NCBI GenBank assembly: GCA_051748565.1
Contig: JBNJHN010000001.1
Location: 8,593 to 72,592 of the forward strand
DNA length: 64,000 nucleotides
Reading direction: 5' to 3'
DNA from: Bacillota bacterium
GTDB taxonomy: Bacteria > Bacillota > Dethiobacteria > DTU022
Shown here: positions 10,115-18,842 of the stretch, piece after piece
How the letters are laid out: every line of letters begins with the position of its first letter
How positions within the stretch are numbered: position 1 is the first letter of the stretch
Notes under the pieces: generated by a model
The model's database searches: none
What the model was told of the DNA's origin: nothing
The model's input: the letters and a program-made list of their open reading frames with translations, nothing else
Position numbers and translations under genes: made by a program

Positions 10115-10144
10115 TTGACAAAGCGGACTGGAGTAGGCTAAAAT
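10115..10144 (+). promoter_or_regulatory. Candidate promoter (TTGACA 10115-10120, TAAAAT 10139-10144, 18-nt spacer) upstream of the UPF0182 gene
   Basis: Hexamer match only. A small hairpin plus T-rich tract (10167-10195) lies between it and the start codon. Confidence 0.35.
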
Positions 10145-10208
10145 GAAGATAAGATAAGACAATATTAACCGGTCAAGCGCCGGTATTTATTTTGCAGGGG
10201 GAATTAAA

Positions 10209-12956
10209 TTGCGCAGCCGTTTTATGATCATCATCTTTGCAGTTGTCATCTTTGGGTCACTCCTGCTGGCTGGGACAAATTTTTATTTGGATTTGCTTTG
10301 GTTTACAGAATTGGATGTGGAGCAGGTATTTTGGACCCAAAATCTTATGCGCTGGGGTTTGCGTATTGGCGCATTTATTTTCATGTTCGCTTTTCTTTTT
10401 ATTAACCTTATGGTGACCAGGCCTTATGTAATGAGTTTTCCCAACCTGGCTCTTCGGGAAAGATTAATGGCAACCGGATTTATGCGCTACCTGACCCCGC
10501 GACGCCTGGCAATTTATTTTCTTATTGCAGCGGCTGTATTGTCTTATCTGTTTTCAGGTTATACAGGAAGCTTTTGGATGGAAGTATTGAAATATTTTAA
10601 CCAGGTTTCTTTTGGAATCAATGATCCAATTTTTGGGGCTGATGTTGCTTTTTATGTTTTCGGTCTTCCGTTCTACCGCTTAATTTATGGTTTTTTGATG
10701 ATGACCGTGGTGATCACCTTAATCTTAGTAGGAGCTATCTATCTGCTGCTGAACCCTCCATCACAGGGTAAACAGGGTTGGACACTCCCTCCGGTCAAGG
10801 GAATCAGCCACCTGGGAGTCTTGCTATCTCTTATATTCGGTTTGAAAGTTTGGGATTACCGGCTCAAGCAGTTGGAACTGCTTTTATCCGAACGGGGAGT
10901 GGTCTACGGGGCCGGCTATACTGATATAAATGCCAATTATACGGTTCTAACGATTTTAATGATCCTGGCTGGGCTGATAACCCTTGTTTTCCTGGCTAAC
11001 ATTTTTTTACGCCGTTACCGTATATTCGTATATGGAATTTTGGCTCTGACAGGAGTTTCGCTCCTGGGAGGATGGGCCTACCCGGCCGCTATTCAGGGTT
11101 TTGTGGTCGAACCAAGTGAATTTACCTATGAAAGGGAATATCTGGCCCATAATATAGAATTTACTCGTCAGGCTTACGGTATAGAGCAGTTTGGAACGCG
11201 CCCTTATGATCCGGGCGAACCGCTCACCTGGGATGATCTGCGCGATAACCCGGGGACAATAAACAACGTGCGCCTCTGGGATCATCGGCCCCTTTTAACT
11301 ACTTTTAACGAGCTGCAGGCGATCCGTCTTTACTATCGTTTTACCGATGTCGATATAGATCGTTATGTAATCGATGGTGAATACCGTCAGGTTATGCTGG
11401 CCGCCCGTGAACTGGATAAAAGCCGTCTTGCAGAGCAGGCCCAGACCTGGGTAAACCTGCACCTGCAGTGGACGCATGGATATGGCGTAACGATAAGCCC
11501 GGTCAACGAAGTAACTTCTGAAGGCTTGCCGCGTTATTTCCTGGGCGACATTCCTCCTGCCGGAGCCCTGGAGTTAGATAACCCAGCCATCTATTTCGGT
11601 GAACTGACCGATGATTATGTGATAATCAATACAGCGACACCGGAATTTCATTATGCCACAGCCGGTGACGAAAATGAATTTATTTTTTATGATGGCGATG
11701 CCGGGATACCACTGCAGAATATATTACGCAGAACCCTTTTTGCCCTTAAATTCGGGGAATACAGGATTCTAATATCAAATGAACTGAACAATGATAGCCG
11801 TATCCTTTTTGATCGCAATATCCATGAACGGGTGCGTAAGATTGCACCGTTTTTGCGCTACGACGGGGACCCATATATTGTGGTTAACGACGGACGATTA
11901 TTTTGGATTCAGGATGCTTATACCGTTACCGGAAATTACCCTTATTCAGCTCCTTATGGCAATATTAATTATATCCGCAACTCTGTGAAGATCGTAATTG
12001 ATGCTTATAACGGAAATGTTAATTATTACATTATCGATCCTGATGACCCCATGGTTCAAACCTATGCTGATATATTCCCGCAGTTGTTCTTGCCTTTTGA
12101 GGAACTCCCTGAGGGTTTAATTGAACATCTGCGTTATCCCGAGGATCTCTTTAACCTGCAGGCCCAGATTTACAAGCTCTACCATATTACCGATCCCAAT
12201 ATTTTCTATACCAGAGAAGATCTCTGGGATGTACCTATGGAGCAGTCTTTCGGGCAGGAACAGTTGATGGAGTCCTATTACACAATTTTAGAACTGCCCG
12301 GTTATGATGAGCCAGAATATGTTCAGATCTTGCCTTTTACGCCTGATAAGCGAAATAATATGATTGCCTGGATGGTTGCTCGCTGCGATCAACCCAATTA
12401 CGGAAATGTCGAGGTCTTCGAATTTCCCACGGAAAGGGTTATACTCGGCCCGAAACAGGTTGAAAACAGGATTGATCAGAGCACTGAAATATCGGAACAG
12501 TTCACACTTTGGGGACAGGTTGGTTCCAGTGTAATCCGCGGTAACCTTTTAGTTCTGCCGATCAACAATGCCCTGCTATATGTCGAACCGATCTTCCTGG
12601 AAGCCGATCGGGGTGGTTTGCCTGAACTGGCCCGGGTCATTGTGGTTTACGATGAAACAGTTGTCATGGAAAATACTCTGGAAATGGCCTTAATCCGTAT
12701 CTTCGGTGAAATAGGAGTCTTGCCGCCGGATCTCGATCCGGACGAACTGCCTGATGATATGCCGGAAGATGATCTTGTCCCTCCCGATGACTCTCCAATT
12801 ATTGACGACGCTGTGTTGGCTGAGTTAATCAGATCGGCGCAGGAAGCATATACCGAGGCTATAGAGTTCCAGCAGGCCGGTGACTGGGCCGGTTACGGTG
12901 AAAAAATCCGGGAACTGGAGCAAATTCTTGACGATCTTGCCCGCCTTGCACCCTGA
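10209..12956 (+). CDS. UPF0182 family large membrane protein (function unknown)
   Basis: 915 aa. About 7 N-terminal TM helices, then a large extracytoplasmic domain and a strongly acidic C-terminal tail (DLDPDELPDDMPEDDLVPPDD). TTG start after GGGGGAA. Confidence 0.7.
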   Translation: MRSRFMIIIFAVVIFGSLLLAGTNFYLDLLWFTELDVEQVFWTQNLMRWGLRIGAFIFMFAFLFINLMVTRPYVMSFPNLALRERLMATGFMRYLTPRRLAIYFLIAAAVLSYLFSGYTGSFWMEVLKYFNQVSFGINDPIFGADVAFYVFGLPFYRLIYGFLMMTVVITLILVGAIYLLLNPPSQGKQGWTLPPVKGISHLGVLLSLIFGLKVWDYRLKQLELLLSERGVVYGAGYTDINANYTVLTILMILAGLITLVFLANIFLRRYRIFVYGILALTGVSLLGGWAYPAAIQGFVVEPSEFTYEREYLAHNIEFTRQAYGIEQFGTRPYDPGEPLTWDDLRDNPGTINNVRLWDHRPLLTTFNELQAIRLYYRFTDVDIDRYVIDGEYRQVMLAARELDKSRLAEQAQTWVNLHLQWTHGYGVTISPVNEVTSEGLPRYFLGDIPPAGALELDNPAIYFGELTDDYVIINTATPEFHYATAGDENEFIFYDGDAGIPLQNILRRTLFALKFGEYRILISNELNNDSRILFDRNIHERVRKIAPFLRYDGDPYIVVNDGRLFWIQDAYTVTGNYPYSAPYGNINYIRNSVKIVIDAYNGNVNYYIIDPDDPMVQTYADIFPQLFLPFEELPEGLIEHLRYPEDLFNLQAQIYKLYHITDPNIFYTREDLWDVPMEQSFGQEQLMESYYTILELPGYDEPEYVQILPFTPDKRNNMIAWMVARCDQPNYGNVEVFEFPTERVILGPKQVENRIDQSTEISEQFTLWGQVGSSVIRGNLLVLPINNALLYVEPIFLEADRGGLPELARVIVVYDETVVMENTLEMALIRIFGEIGVLPPDLDPDELPDDMPEDDLVPPDDSPIIDDAVLAELIRSAQEAYTEAIEFQQAGDWAGYGEKIRELEQILDDLARLAP

Positions 12957-12977
12957 TCATAGATGGGAGGGTGACCA

Positions 12978-14570
12978 TTGCCGTCTGATGAATATGTTAT
13001 CTATACCGATGGTGCCTGTTCAGGAAACCCAGGTCCTGGAGGCTGGGGCGTAGTGATCAGACGCGGAGATTCTGAGAAAGAGATTTCCGGAAGAGAAGCT
13101 ATGACTACCAACCAGCGCATGGAGTTAAAAGCTGCCGTGGAAGCGCTGCGCTCGGTTCCAACCGGTTGTAAAGTTAGGCTGCACAGTGACAGCGCCTACC
13201 TGATCAATAGCTTTCGACAGGGATGGATGAAACGCTGGGTGAGGAATGGTTGGTTGACCAGCAAAGGCAATCCGGTCGAAAACCAGGATCTCTGGAAAGA
13301 ACTCCTGGAACTTTCAAAACTGAATACTGTTGAGTGGATCAAGGTGCAAGGGCACGGGACCGATCAAACCAATCAGCGCTGTGATCTTTTAGCCCGCAGA
13401 GCAATTGAATGTAACGAATCAGATGATGGTGGAAAGGCCCGGGAAAATACCGGCAGCCCAGGCATGCCAGGCAGTAAAGAAGCAGGTAGAATTCGCCGGT
13501 TAGGCCTCCTGACAGGCGGAGGAGATTGCCCGGGCTTGAATGCGGTAATCAGGGCAGTGGTTAAGGGGGCAAGTTATAATTATGATATCGAGGTAGTCGG
13601 TTTTAATAACGGTTTTAAAGGCCTGGTTGAAAACGATGCCTGCCTGATTAGTGATATTGCTGTGTCGGGTATTCTTAACCGCGGAGGCACAATTCTTGGA
13701 ACCTCCAATCGTGATAACCCCTTTGATTATCATCCCGGCGGTTCTGATTACAGTGAAACAGGTGTTGATCGTTCCAAAGATGCCATTGAAAATCTGAAAA
13801 AATGGGATATTGATTGCCTCGTGGTAATTGGTGGCGACGGCAGCCTCTTTTTAGCTCATCGTTTTAGTGAACTGGGTGTTCCTATTATCGGTATTCCCAA
13901 AACAATTGACAATGATCTGCCGGCAACCGACGTTACCTTTGGCTTCGATTCAGCTGTAACCACTGCTACCGAAGCGATTGACAAGATTCATACTACTGCC
14001 GAGTCGCATCACAGGGTTATGGTAGTTGAGGTTATGGGCCGCCATGCGGGTTGGATTGCGCTGCATGCTGGCATGGCCGGTGGAGGTGATATCATATTAA
14101 TTCCTGAACTGCCGTTTGAATATACCTGCATTGCCGAAAAAATTGCAGATCGCCGCCGCAGCGGTAAGAAATTTAGCATTATTGTTGTAGCCGAGGGGGC
14201 TTATGAAGCCGGAAAAGAGCCGGTTTATCAACAAAAAGGAGATGTTAAAAGGCTGGGCGGGATCGGTCCCTTGATTTCGCGTGAAATTGAGAAGCGCACA
14301 GGCATGGAAAGCAGGGCCACCGTTCTGGGTCACCTTCAGCGCGGTGGCAGTCCAACTTCGTATGATCGAATTCTTGCCACTCGTTTTGGCGTTAAAGCGG
14401 TTGAACTTTTTCGGGCCGGACGCTTGAACGAAATGGTCTGCCTGAGAGGAAATCTTATTGATTCTGTTCCACTGGAAGAGGCTGTTTCAGGGATCAAGAT
14501 GGTTGATCCCGCCAGCGAAATTGTGCGAACCGCTATCGCAGTAGGCACTTCGTTCGGCTGTTCTCTTTAA
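12978..14570 (+). CDS. Apparent fusion protein: N-terminal ribonuclease HI domain (about residues 1-147) joined by a Gly/Ser/charged linker to an ATP-dependent 6-phosphofructokinase (about residues 175-530)
   Basis: One uninterrupted 530-codon frame. The RNase H part carries the DEDD catalytic residues (YTDGAC, MELKA, HSDSAY, CDLLARRA). The PFK part has GGDCPGLNAVIRAVV, GGDGS, TIDNDL and MGRHAGW. TTG start 5 nt after GGGAGGG. No stop codon or credible internal RBS/start lies between the two domains. Confidence 0.8.
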   Translation: MPSDEYVIYTDGACSGNPGPGGWGVVIRRGDSEKEISGREAMTTNQRMELKAAVEALRSVPTGCKVRLHSDSAYLINSFRQGWMKRWVRNGWLTSKGNPVENQDLWKELLELSKLNTVEWIKVQGHGTDQTNQRCDLLARRAIECNESDDGGKARENTGSPGMPGSKEAGRIRRLGLLTGGGDCPGLNAVIRAVVKGASYNYDIEVVGFNNGFKGLVENDACLISDIAVSGILNRGGTILGTSNRDNPFDYHPGGSDYSETGVDRSKDAIENLKKWDIDCLVVIGGDGSLFLAHRFSELGVPIIGIPKTIDNDLPATDVTFGFDSAVTTATEAIDKIHTTAESHHRVMVVEVMGRHAGWIALHAGMAGGGDIILIPELPFEYTCIAEKIADRRRSGKKFSIIVVAEGAYEAGKEPVYQQKGDVKRLGGIGPLISREIEKRTGMESRATVLGHLQRGGSPTSYDRILATRFGVKAVELFRAGRLNEMVCLRGNLIDSVPLEEAVSGIKMVDPASEIVRTAIAVGTSFGCSL

Positions 14571-14652
14571 GAGGGTTGTGTCCGGCAGTATCAAATTAAG
14601 CCTGGCAGCAATAGCTAAGGTTTCAGCTGTAGCGCTTGCACTTACAAGATAG

Positions 14653-15480
14653 TTAAATTTGTGGCTTAATTGAAATGATAATATAGATTACCAGTATGGT
14701 GAAAAGCAGCATTATAAATCCTGCTGCCAGATCGATTCTTCCCAGGTGCAGGGTTTTCATTTTTGTCCTACCTTTACCTCCGGTATAACTCCTTGCCTCC
14801 ATGGCTACAATTAATTCTTCAGCTCTCTTGAAGGCATTAATAAACAAGGGAAGGAAAACGGGAAATAGTTTTCTCGTTTTTTGTAGGAAGTTACCACGAT
14901 CGAAGGCAACTCCACGTGCCATTTGTGCTTTAACGATTTTATCCAGCTCTTCGGCCAGAATCAAGACGAAACGCAGGGCAATTACCATGGTCATTACCAG
15001 TTCCTGGGAGGGAACGCCAATTGTGCGTAGTGGTTTCAGCAGGCTTTCCAATCCGTCTGTGAGGCTGACTATTGAAGTAGTCAGGGTTAAAATAGTAGTA
15101 ACTATAAACAGAAAAAGAACCCGCAAAGTTATCAGGTTGCCCATATGTAACCCCGCATCGGTGGCGGTAAAGATCCACCACGAAAATAAAACTTCGGCCC
15201 CGGGGGTTGAGTATAAAAACAGTTGGAAAACCCACATTAAAACAAGGACAGGAAGCATTGGTTTAAGGCCGCAGATAGCAAAGTTCATGGGGATACCGGC
15301 GGTTATGATCACCGCTGCGGTGAAGATTACAAAGACACCATACGCTTCATAAGATCGAATGAAGAGAAGAAGGGTAATCAAAAAAGCGGCAGCAATAATT
15401 TTTGTTCTTGGATCAAGACGGTGAATTGAGGTCGTTCCGGGCAGATAAACCCCTAAAGTAATATTTTTTGTCAGCTCCAT
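14653..15480 (-). CDS. ecfT: Energy-coupling factor transporter transmembrane component EcfT
   Basis: 275 aa polytopic membrane protein, last gene of the ecfA1-ecfA2-ecfT arrangement, with the conserved Arg-containing coupling region (ARGVAFDRG). Confidence 0.85.
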   Translation of the reverse strand: MELTKNITLGVYLPGTTSIHRLDPRTKIIAAAFLITLLLFIRSYEAYGVFVIFTAAVIITAGIPMNFAICGLKPMLPVLVLMWVFQLFLYSTPGAEVLFSWWIFTATDAGLHMGNLITLRVLFLFIVTTILTLTTSIVSLTDGLESLLKPLRTIGVPSQELVMTMVIALRFVLILAEELDKIVKAQMARGVAFDRGNFLQKTRKLFPVFLPLFINAFKRAEELIVAMEARSYTGGKGRTKMKTLHLGRIDLAAGFIMLLFTILVIYIIISIKPQI

Positions 15481-16346
15481 TAATCAGCCACCCTCCCTTC
15501 CTGCAGTGAAGCGGCAATTGATTCGAGAGCTTCTTCGAGATTAAGGATAGCGGGAGGCAGGCGATAACCAGCAGAGCGAAGTTTATCGGCAATAACCATC
15601 ACTTCAGGAAGCTCCAAACCAATTGAATATAGTTCTGCTGATTGTGAAAAGACATCCCTTGTCTTTCCGTCGAAGGCAATCCGGCCCCGGTCAATTACAA
15701 CTATTCTTTCAGCCAGTTCGGCAACTTCATCCATGCTGTTTGATATATATATTATAGTAATATTTTTTTCACGGTGCAGTTTCCTGATTACACTGATAAT
15801 TTCTTCCCTGCCCCGTGGATCAAGGCCGGCAGTTACATCATCAAGAATTAATATTTGTGGTCGGCAGGCTAAAACTCCTGCTATGGCTGCCCGCCTTTTT
15901 TGCCCTCCGCTTAAGGTAAAAATATCCCGTCCTAAAAAAGCAGAAGAATCGAGCCCGACTTGTTCCATGACTTCAAGGACCCTGCATTCTATCTCTTTAA
16001 CCGTCAGCTTCTGGTTTTTAGGGCCAAATGCAATATCTTCGCCTACAGTAGGTGCGAAAAGCTGGTAGTCAGGGTTTTGAAATACATAACCGACTTCATG
16101 TCTTAGTTTAACCAGGGCAGCTTTTTTATCGGAAGTATCGCAGTTGTTTATGATTACTTTACCCTGCTGGGGAATAAAAAGGGCATTGAAATGCTGGGCC
16201 AGCGTAGTTTTTCCGGACTGAGTGGGTCCGATAATGCCGACAAATTCACCGTCTTTTATACTGAGATTAATATGATGGAGCACTTTTTTTTCAAATGGGG
16301 TTCCTTTTTTATAACTGTGGCAGAGATTGCTTACTTCAATCGGCAT
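15480..16346 (-). CDS. ecfA2: Energy-coupling factor transporter ATPase EcfA2
   Basis: ABC ATPase (GPTQSGKTT, LSGGQKRRAAIAGVLA, ILILDD). The start overlaps the ecfA1 end. Confidence 0.85.
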   Translation of the reverse strand: MPIEVSNLCHSYKKGTPFEKKVLHHINLSIKDGEFVGIIGPTQSGKTTLAQHFNALFIPQQGKVIINNCDTSDKKAALVKLRHEVGYVFQNPDYQLFAPTVGEDIAFGPKNQKLTVKEIECRVLEVMEQVGLDSSAFLGRDIFTLSGGQKRRAAIAGVLACRPQILILDDVTAGLDPRGREEIISVIRKLHREKNITIIYISNSMDEVAELAERIVVIDRGRIAFDGKTRDVFSQSAELYSIGLELPEVMVIADKLRSAGYRLPPAILNLEEALESIAASLQEGRVAD

Positions 16347-17176
16347 ATGCTGTCAATAAGCTCCTCGGAATGGATAATATCATCAGGCAACAGGAATCCT
16401 TTATTACGGAGGCCTGTTGCGAGTTGTGCGGCAACCGGAAAATCAAGACCAAGATTTATTATTTCATCTCTCCGGCGGAAAATTTCAAAAGGAGCACCTT
16501 CCAACTTAATTTCGCCCCTGTCCAGAACAATCATCCGATCGCAGTGTACAACTTCGCTCATATAATGAGTCAAAAGTACAATAGTAATTCCTTCCGCACG
16601 GTTAAGTTGCAGCACATTTTCGATTACCTCCCGCCTGCTGCGCGGGTCAAGGTGGGCTGTTGGCTCATCAAGGACAATACAGCTTGGTTTCATGGCCAAA
16701 ACACCGGCAATGGCTACCCGCTGTTTTTGACCTTCCGAAAGGGAACTCGGTGATTCAAGGCGGAGATCTTCAAGATTTAAGGTGTCGAGAGCCCAATCGA
16801 CTCTTTCTCTTATCTCATTAGGGGGAAGACCCAGGTTTTCAGGCCCGAAGGCTATATCTTCTTCTACAATACTGCTGACCAACTGGTTATCAGGATTCTG
16901 AAAGACCATGCCTACCAATTTGCGGATAGCGGCGGTATTAACTTTATCGGAGGCAGAAAGGCCTTCCACAAACACTTTGCCTTTCGTTGCAGTCAGTAAA
17001 CCGTTGAAATGACGGGCCAGGGTAGACTTTCCTGAACCATTCTGACCGGTGACGGCCAGCATTTCACCTTGATGAACCTGCATGTTGACACTGCTTAATG
17101 CTTTAATTGCTTTGCCGCTGCCGGCCCTGTAAGTATATGAGAGGTCAATTGCCTCGATTAACGGATTCAAATCCAA
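16331..17176 (-). CDS. ecfA1: Energy-coupling factor transporter ATPase EcfA1
   Basis: ABC ATPase (GQNGSGKST, LSEGQKQRVAIAGVLA, IVLDEPT). Confidence 0.85.
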   Translation of the reverse strand: MDLNPLIEAIDLSYTYRAGSGKAIKALSSVNMQVHQGEMLAVTGQNGSGKSTLARHFNGLLTATKGKVFVEGLSASDKVNTAAIRKLVGMVFQNPDNQLVSSIVEEDIAFGPENLGLPPNEIRERVDWALDTLNLEDLRLESPSSLSEGQKQRVAIAGVLAMKPSCIVLDEPTAHLDPRSRREVIENVLQLNRAEGITIVLLTHYMSEVVHCDRMIVLDRGEIKLEGAPFEIFRRRDEIINLGLDFPVAAQLATGLRNKGFLLPDDIIHSEELIDSICRLK

Positions 17177-17217
17177 TACAGCCCCTTAAACCCTGCCTGG
17201 CACAGTATGATTTACGC

Positions 17218-17742
17218 TTACCCTTCTGTTGGCCTGATTCTTTGGATACCTTTAACCAGGATCACTGTTAATACGGCAGCAATAATTAGCTCAGGCACGC
17301 CGTGGAGAACCCCGACCGAGATAGAGACTTCGGCCGGCAGGTAACCTCTCCAGGTTGCCATACCAAGGACCAGTACGGTATTGGTTGCCGAACCGAACGC
17401 ACCGGCTAAAGCGCAAGCTAAAACATTGTTAATCTTTTTCGTGGAATAATAGATTAAAAATGCGACAACACCAATAAAAAGGCGGGGTACGACTGAAACA
17501 AGCGGATCGGCAAAAAAAGGAGCTCCCGGCTGCAGAAAACTAAATAAACCAAAAATTGCTCCGGTAATCAAGCCCACCACCGGTCCCTCCAGCACACCGC
17601 CCAGGATAGCCGGTATATGCATAATCGTTGCATGGCCGGCCGGCGTAGGCACCGGGATAAACCCTAAGCGGGTTACACCCAGTAGGATAGATATTGCTCC
17701 GAGGATTCCTGATATGACGATTTTACGGACGGATAAGTTCAT
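17218..17742 (-). CDS. ECF transporter substrate-specific (S) component, substrate not assigned
   Basis: 174 aa with about 5-6 TM helices directly upstream of ecfA1A2T. RBS GGAGG on the minus strand. A leader of roughly 90 nt lies between a TATAAT-like box (minus strand, about 17838-17846) and the start codon. Confidence 0.6.
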   Translation of the reverse strand: MNLSVRKIVISGILGAISILLGVTRLGFIPVPTPAGHATIMHIPAILGGVLEGPVVGLITGAIFGLFSFLQPGAPFFADPLVSVVPRLFIGVVAFLIYYSTKKINNVLACALAGAFGSATNTVLVLGMATWRGYLPAEVSISVGVLHGVPELIIAAVLTVILVKGIQRIRPTEG

Positions 17743-17942
17743 TTTTTAATTCCTCCTGTGATTCTGACTAAGCACGATTAAGTTCTACAACTGTGTGGCT
17801 GAATCCTTCACTGGCTCAAGCAGATTTGATAATCCGTTTAACCTATATATTATAATAAGTGCAGAAGGAATCATATACCCAATTGAAGAATTAGGCTATA
17901 GTATTTAGCATATTTCAAAATAAAAGATAGGAGATAAACCAA

Positions 17943-18362
17943 ATGATAAAGCATTATAGCATATTATCTGCATTGCTTATCATAGTTTTCCTTGTCTTAG
18001 CTGCATGTGGCAACGAAGAAAAACAACTACCTCCGACCGGCACTTCTGTAGGCGGCTCCGTTCTGGAAACAGGTTTGGAAATTGACCAAGAACTGCTTAT
18101 TATTTCGGCCCAGACAACATTTATGCCCAATGAGATATTTTATTTTTACTTTTATAATAATGCGGTTTTTGGTTCCGGGCAGGTGACTGTCCAGTTGGTT
18201 GAAAACAGCAACGAAAAAGTGCTTGCTCAAAGTAATTATGAAGTTGACCCGGATGATGATTCTTTAACCGATAAAATCTGGTTCGGAAGCCCCGGGAGGT
18301 ACACCATAGTTGTGAAAGTCGGCGGTGAAATCAGGGCAACACAGGAAGTAATTATCGAATAA
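17943..18362 (+). CDS. Hypothetical secreted lipoprotein
   Basis: Signal peptide with lipobox LAAC. RBS GGAGA. No recognised domain. Confidence 0.5.
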   Translation: MIKHYSILSALLIIVFLVLAACGNEEKQLPPTGTSVGGSVLETGLEIDQELLIISAQTTFMPNEIFYFYFYNNAVFGSGQVTVQLVENSNEKVLAQSNYEVDPDDDSLTDKIWFGSPGRYTIVVKVGGEIRATQEVIIE

Positions 18363-18460
18363 TGACAATCTGCAAATTGATATGGAAAAGACTCTGACTG
18401 AGGGCCTTATGCGATAATTTCCACGATATAAATACCCTGTAATCAAAATATTATAAACGA

Positions 18461-18487
18461 GGCCGGGATTTGTCCCGGTTTTTTTAT
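18461..18487 (+). terminator. Rho-independent terminator after the lipoprotein gene
   Basis: CCGGGA-tttg-TCCCGG followed by T9. Confidence 0.6.
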
Positions 18488-18587
18488 TTCTCGAAGATAG
18501 GCAGGAATAATCATTATACCGTCGAATAAGCAGAGAGGTGTCAAGCCACTTATTTAATGTCAATCTGCGCTGGAGGATACTGCTTTA

Positions 18588-18842
18588 ATGAATTTCAATA
18601 GACGTCTGGCCCTGGTTTGCCTGATTGTGTTGATCATGTTTCTATTACACAATAGTTTTTGGCTCTGGGATCTTGATGCCCGGCTGCCATTGCTTTTTGG
18701 TTTTATGCCTTTTGCTTTTTCTTTCTATGTCGGTTACGCGGTACTGGCTTTAATAGCAATGAAGCTTATCGTTGCATTGGCCTGGCCTGACCCACCTGCG
18801 GATGTGATAAAGTTGATCAAAGAGAAGGAACCCTCTGACTGA
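18588..18842 (+). CDS. Small two-TM membrane protein (DUF3311-like SSS-symporter partner)
   Basis: 84 aa and hydrophobic. Its stop overlaps the symporter start (ATGA). Confidence 0.5.
   Translation: MNFNRRLALVCLIVLIMFLLHNSFWLWDLDARLPLLFGFMPFAFSFYVGYAVLALIAMKLIVALAWPDPPADVIKLIKEKEPSD

Noticed and set aside
14801-15352. 183 aa plus-strand ORF inside ecfT
   Set aside because: Antisense shadow ORF of a membrane-protein gene (Arg/Lys-rich, no domain).
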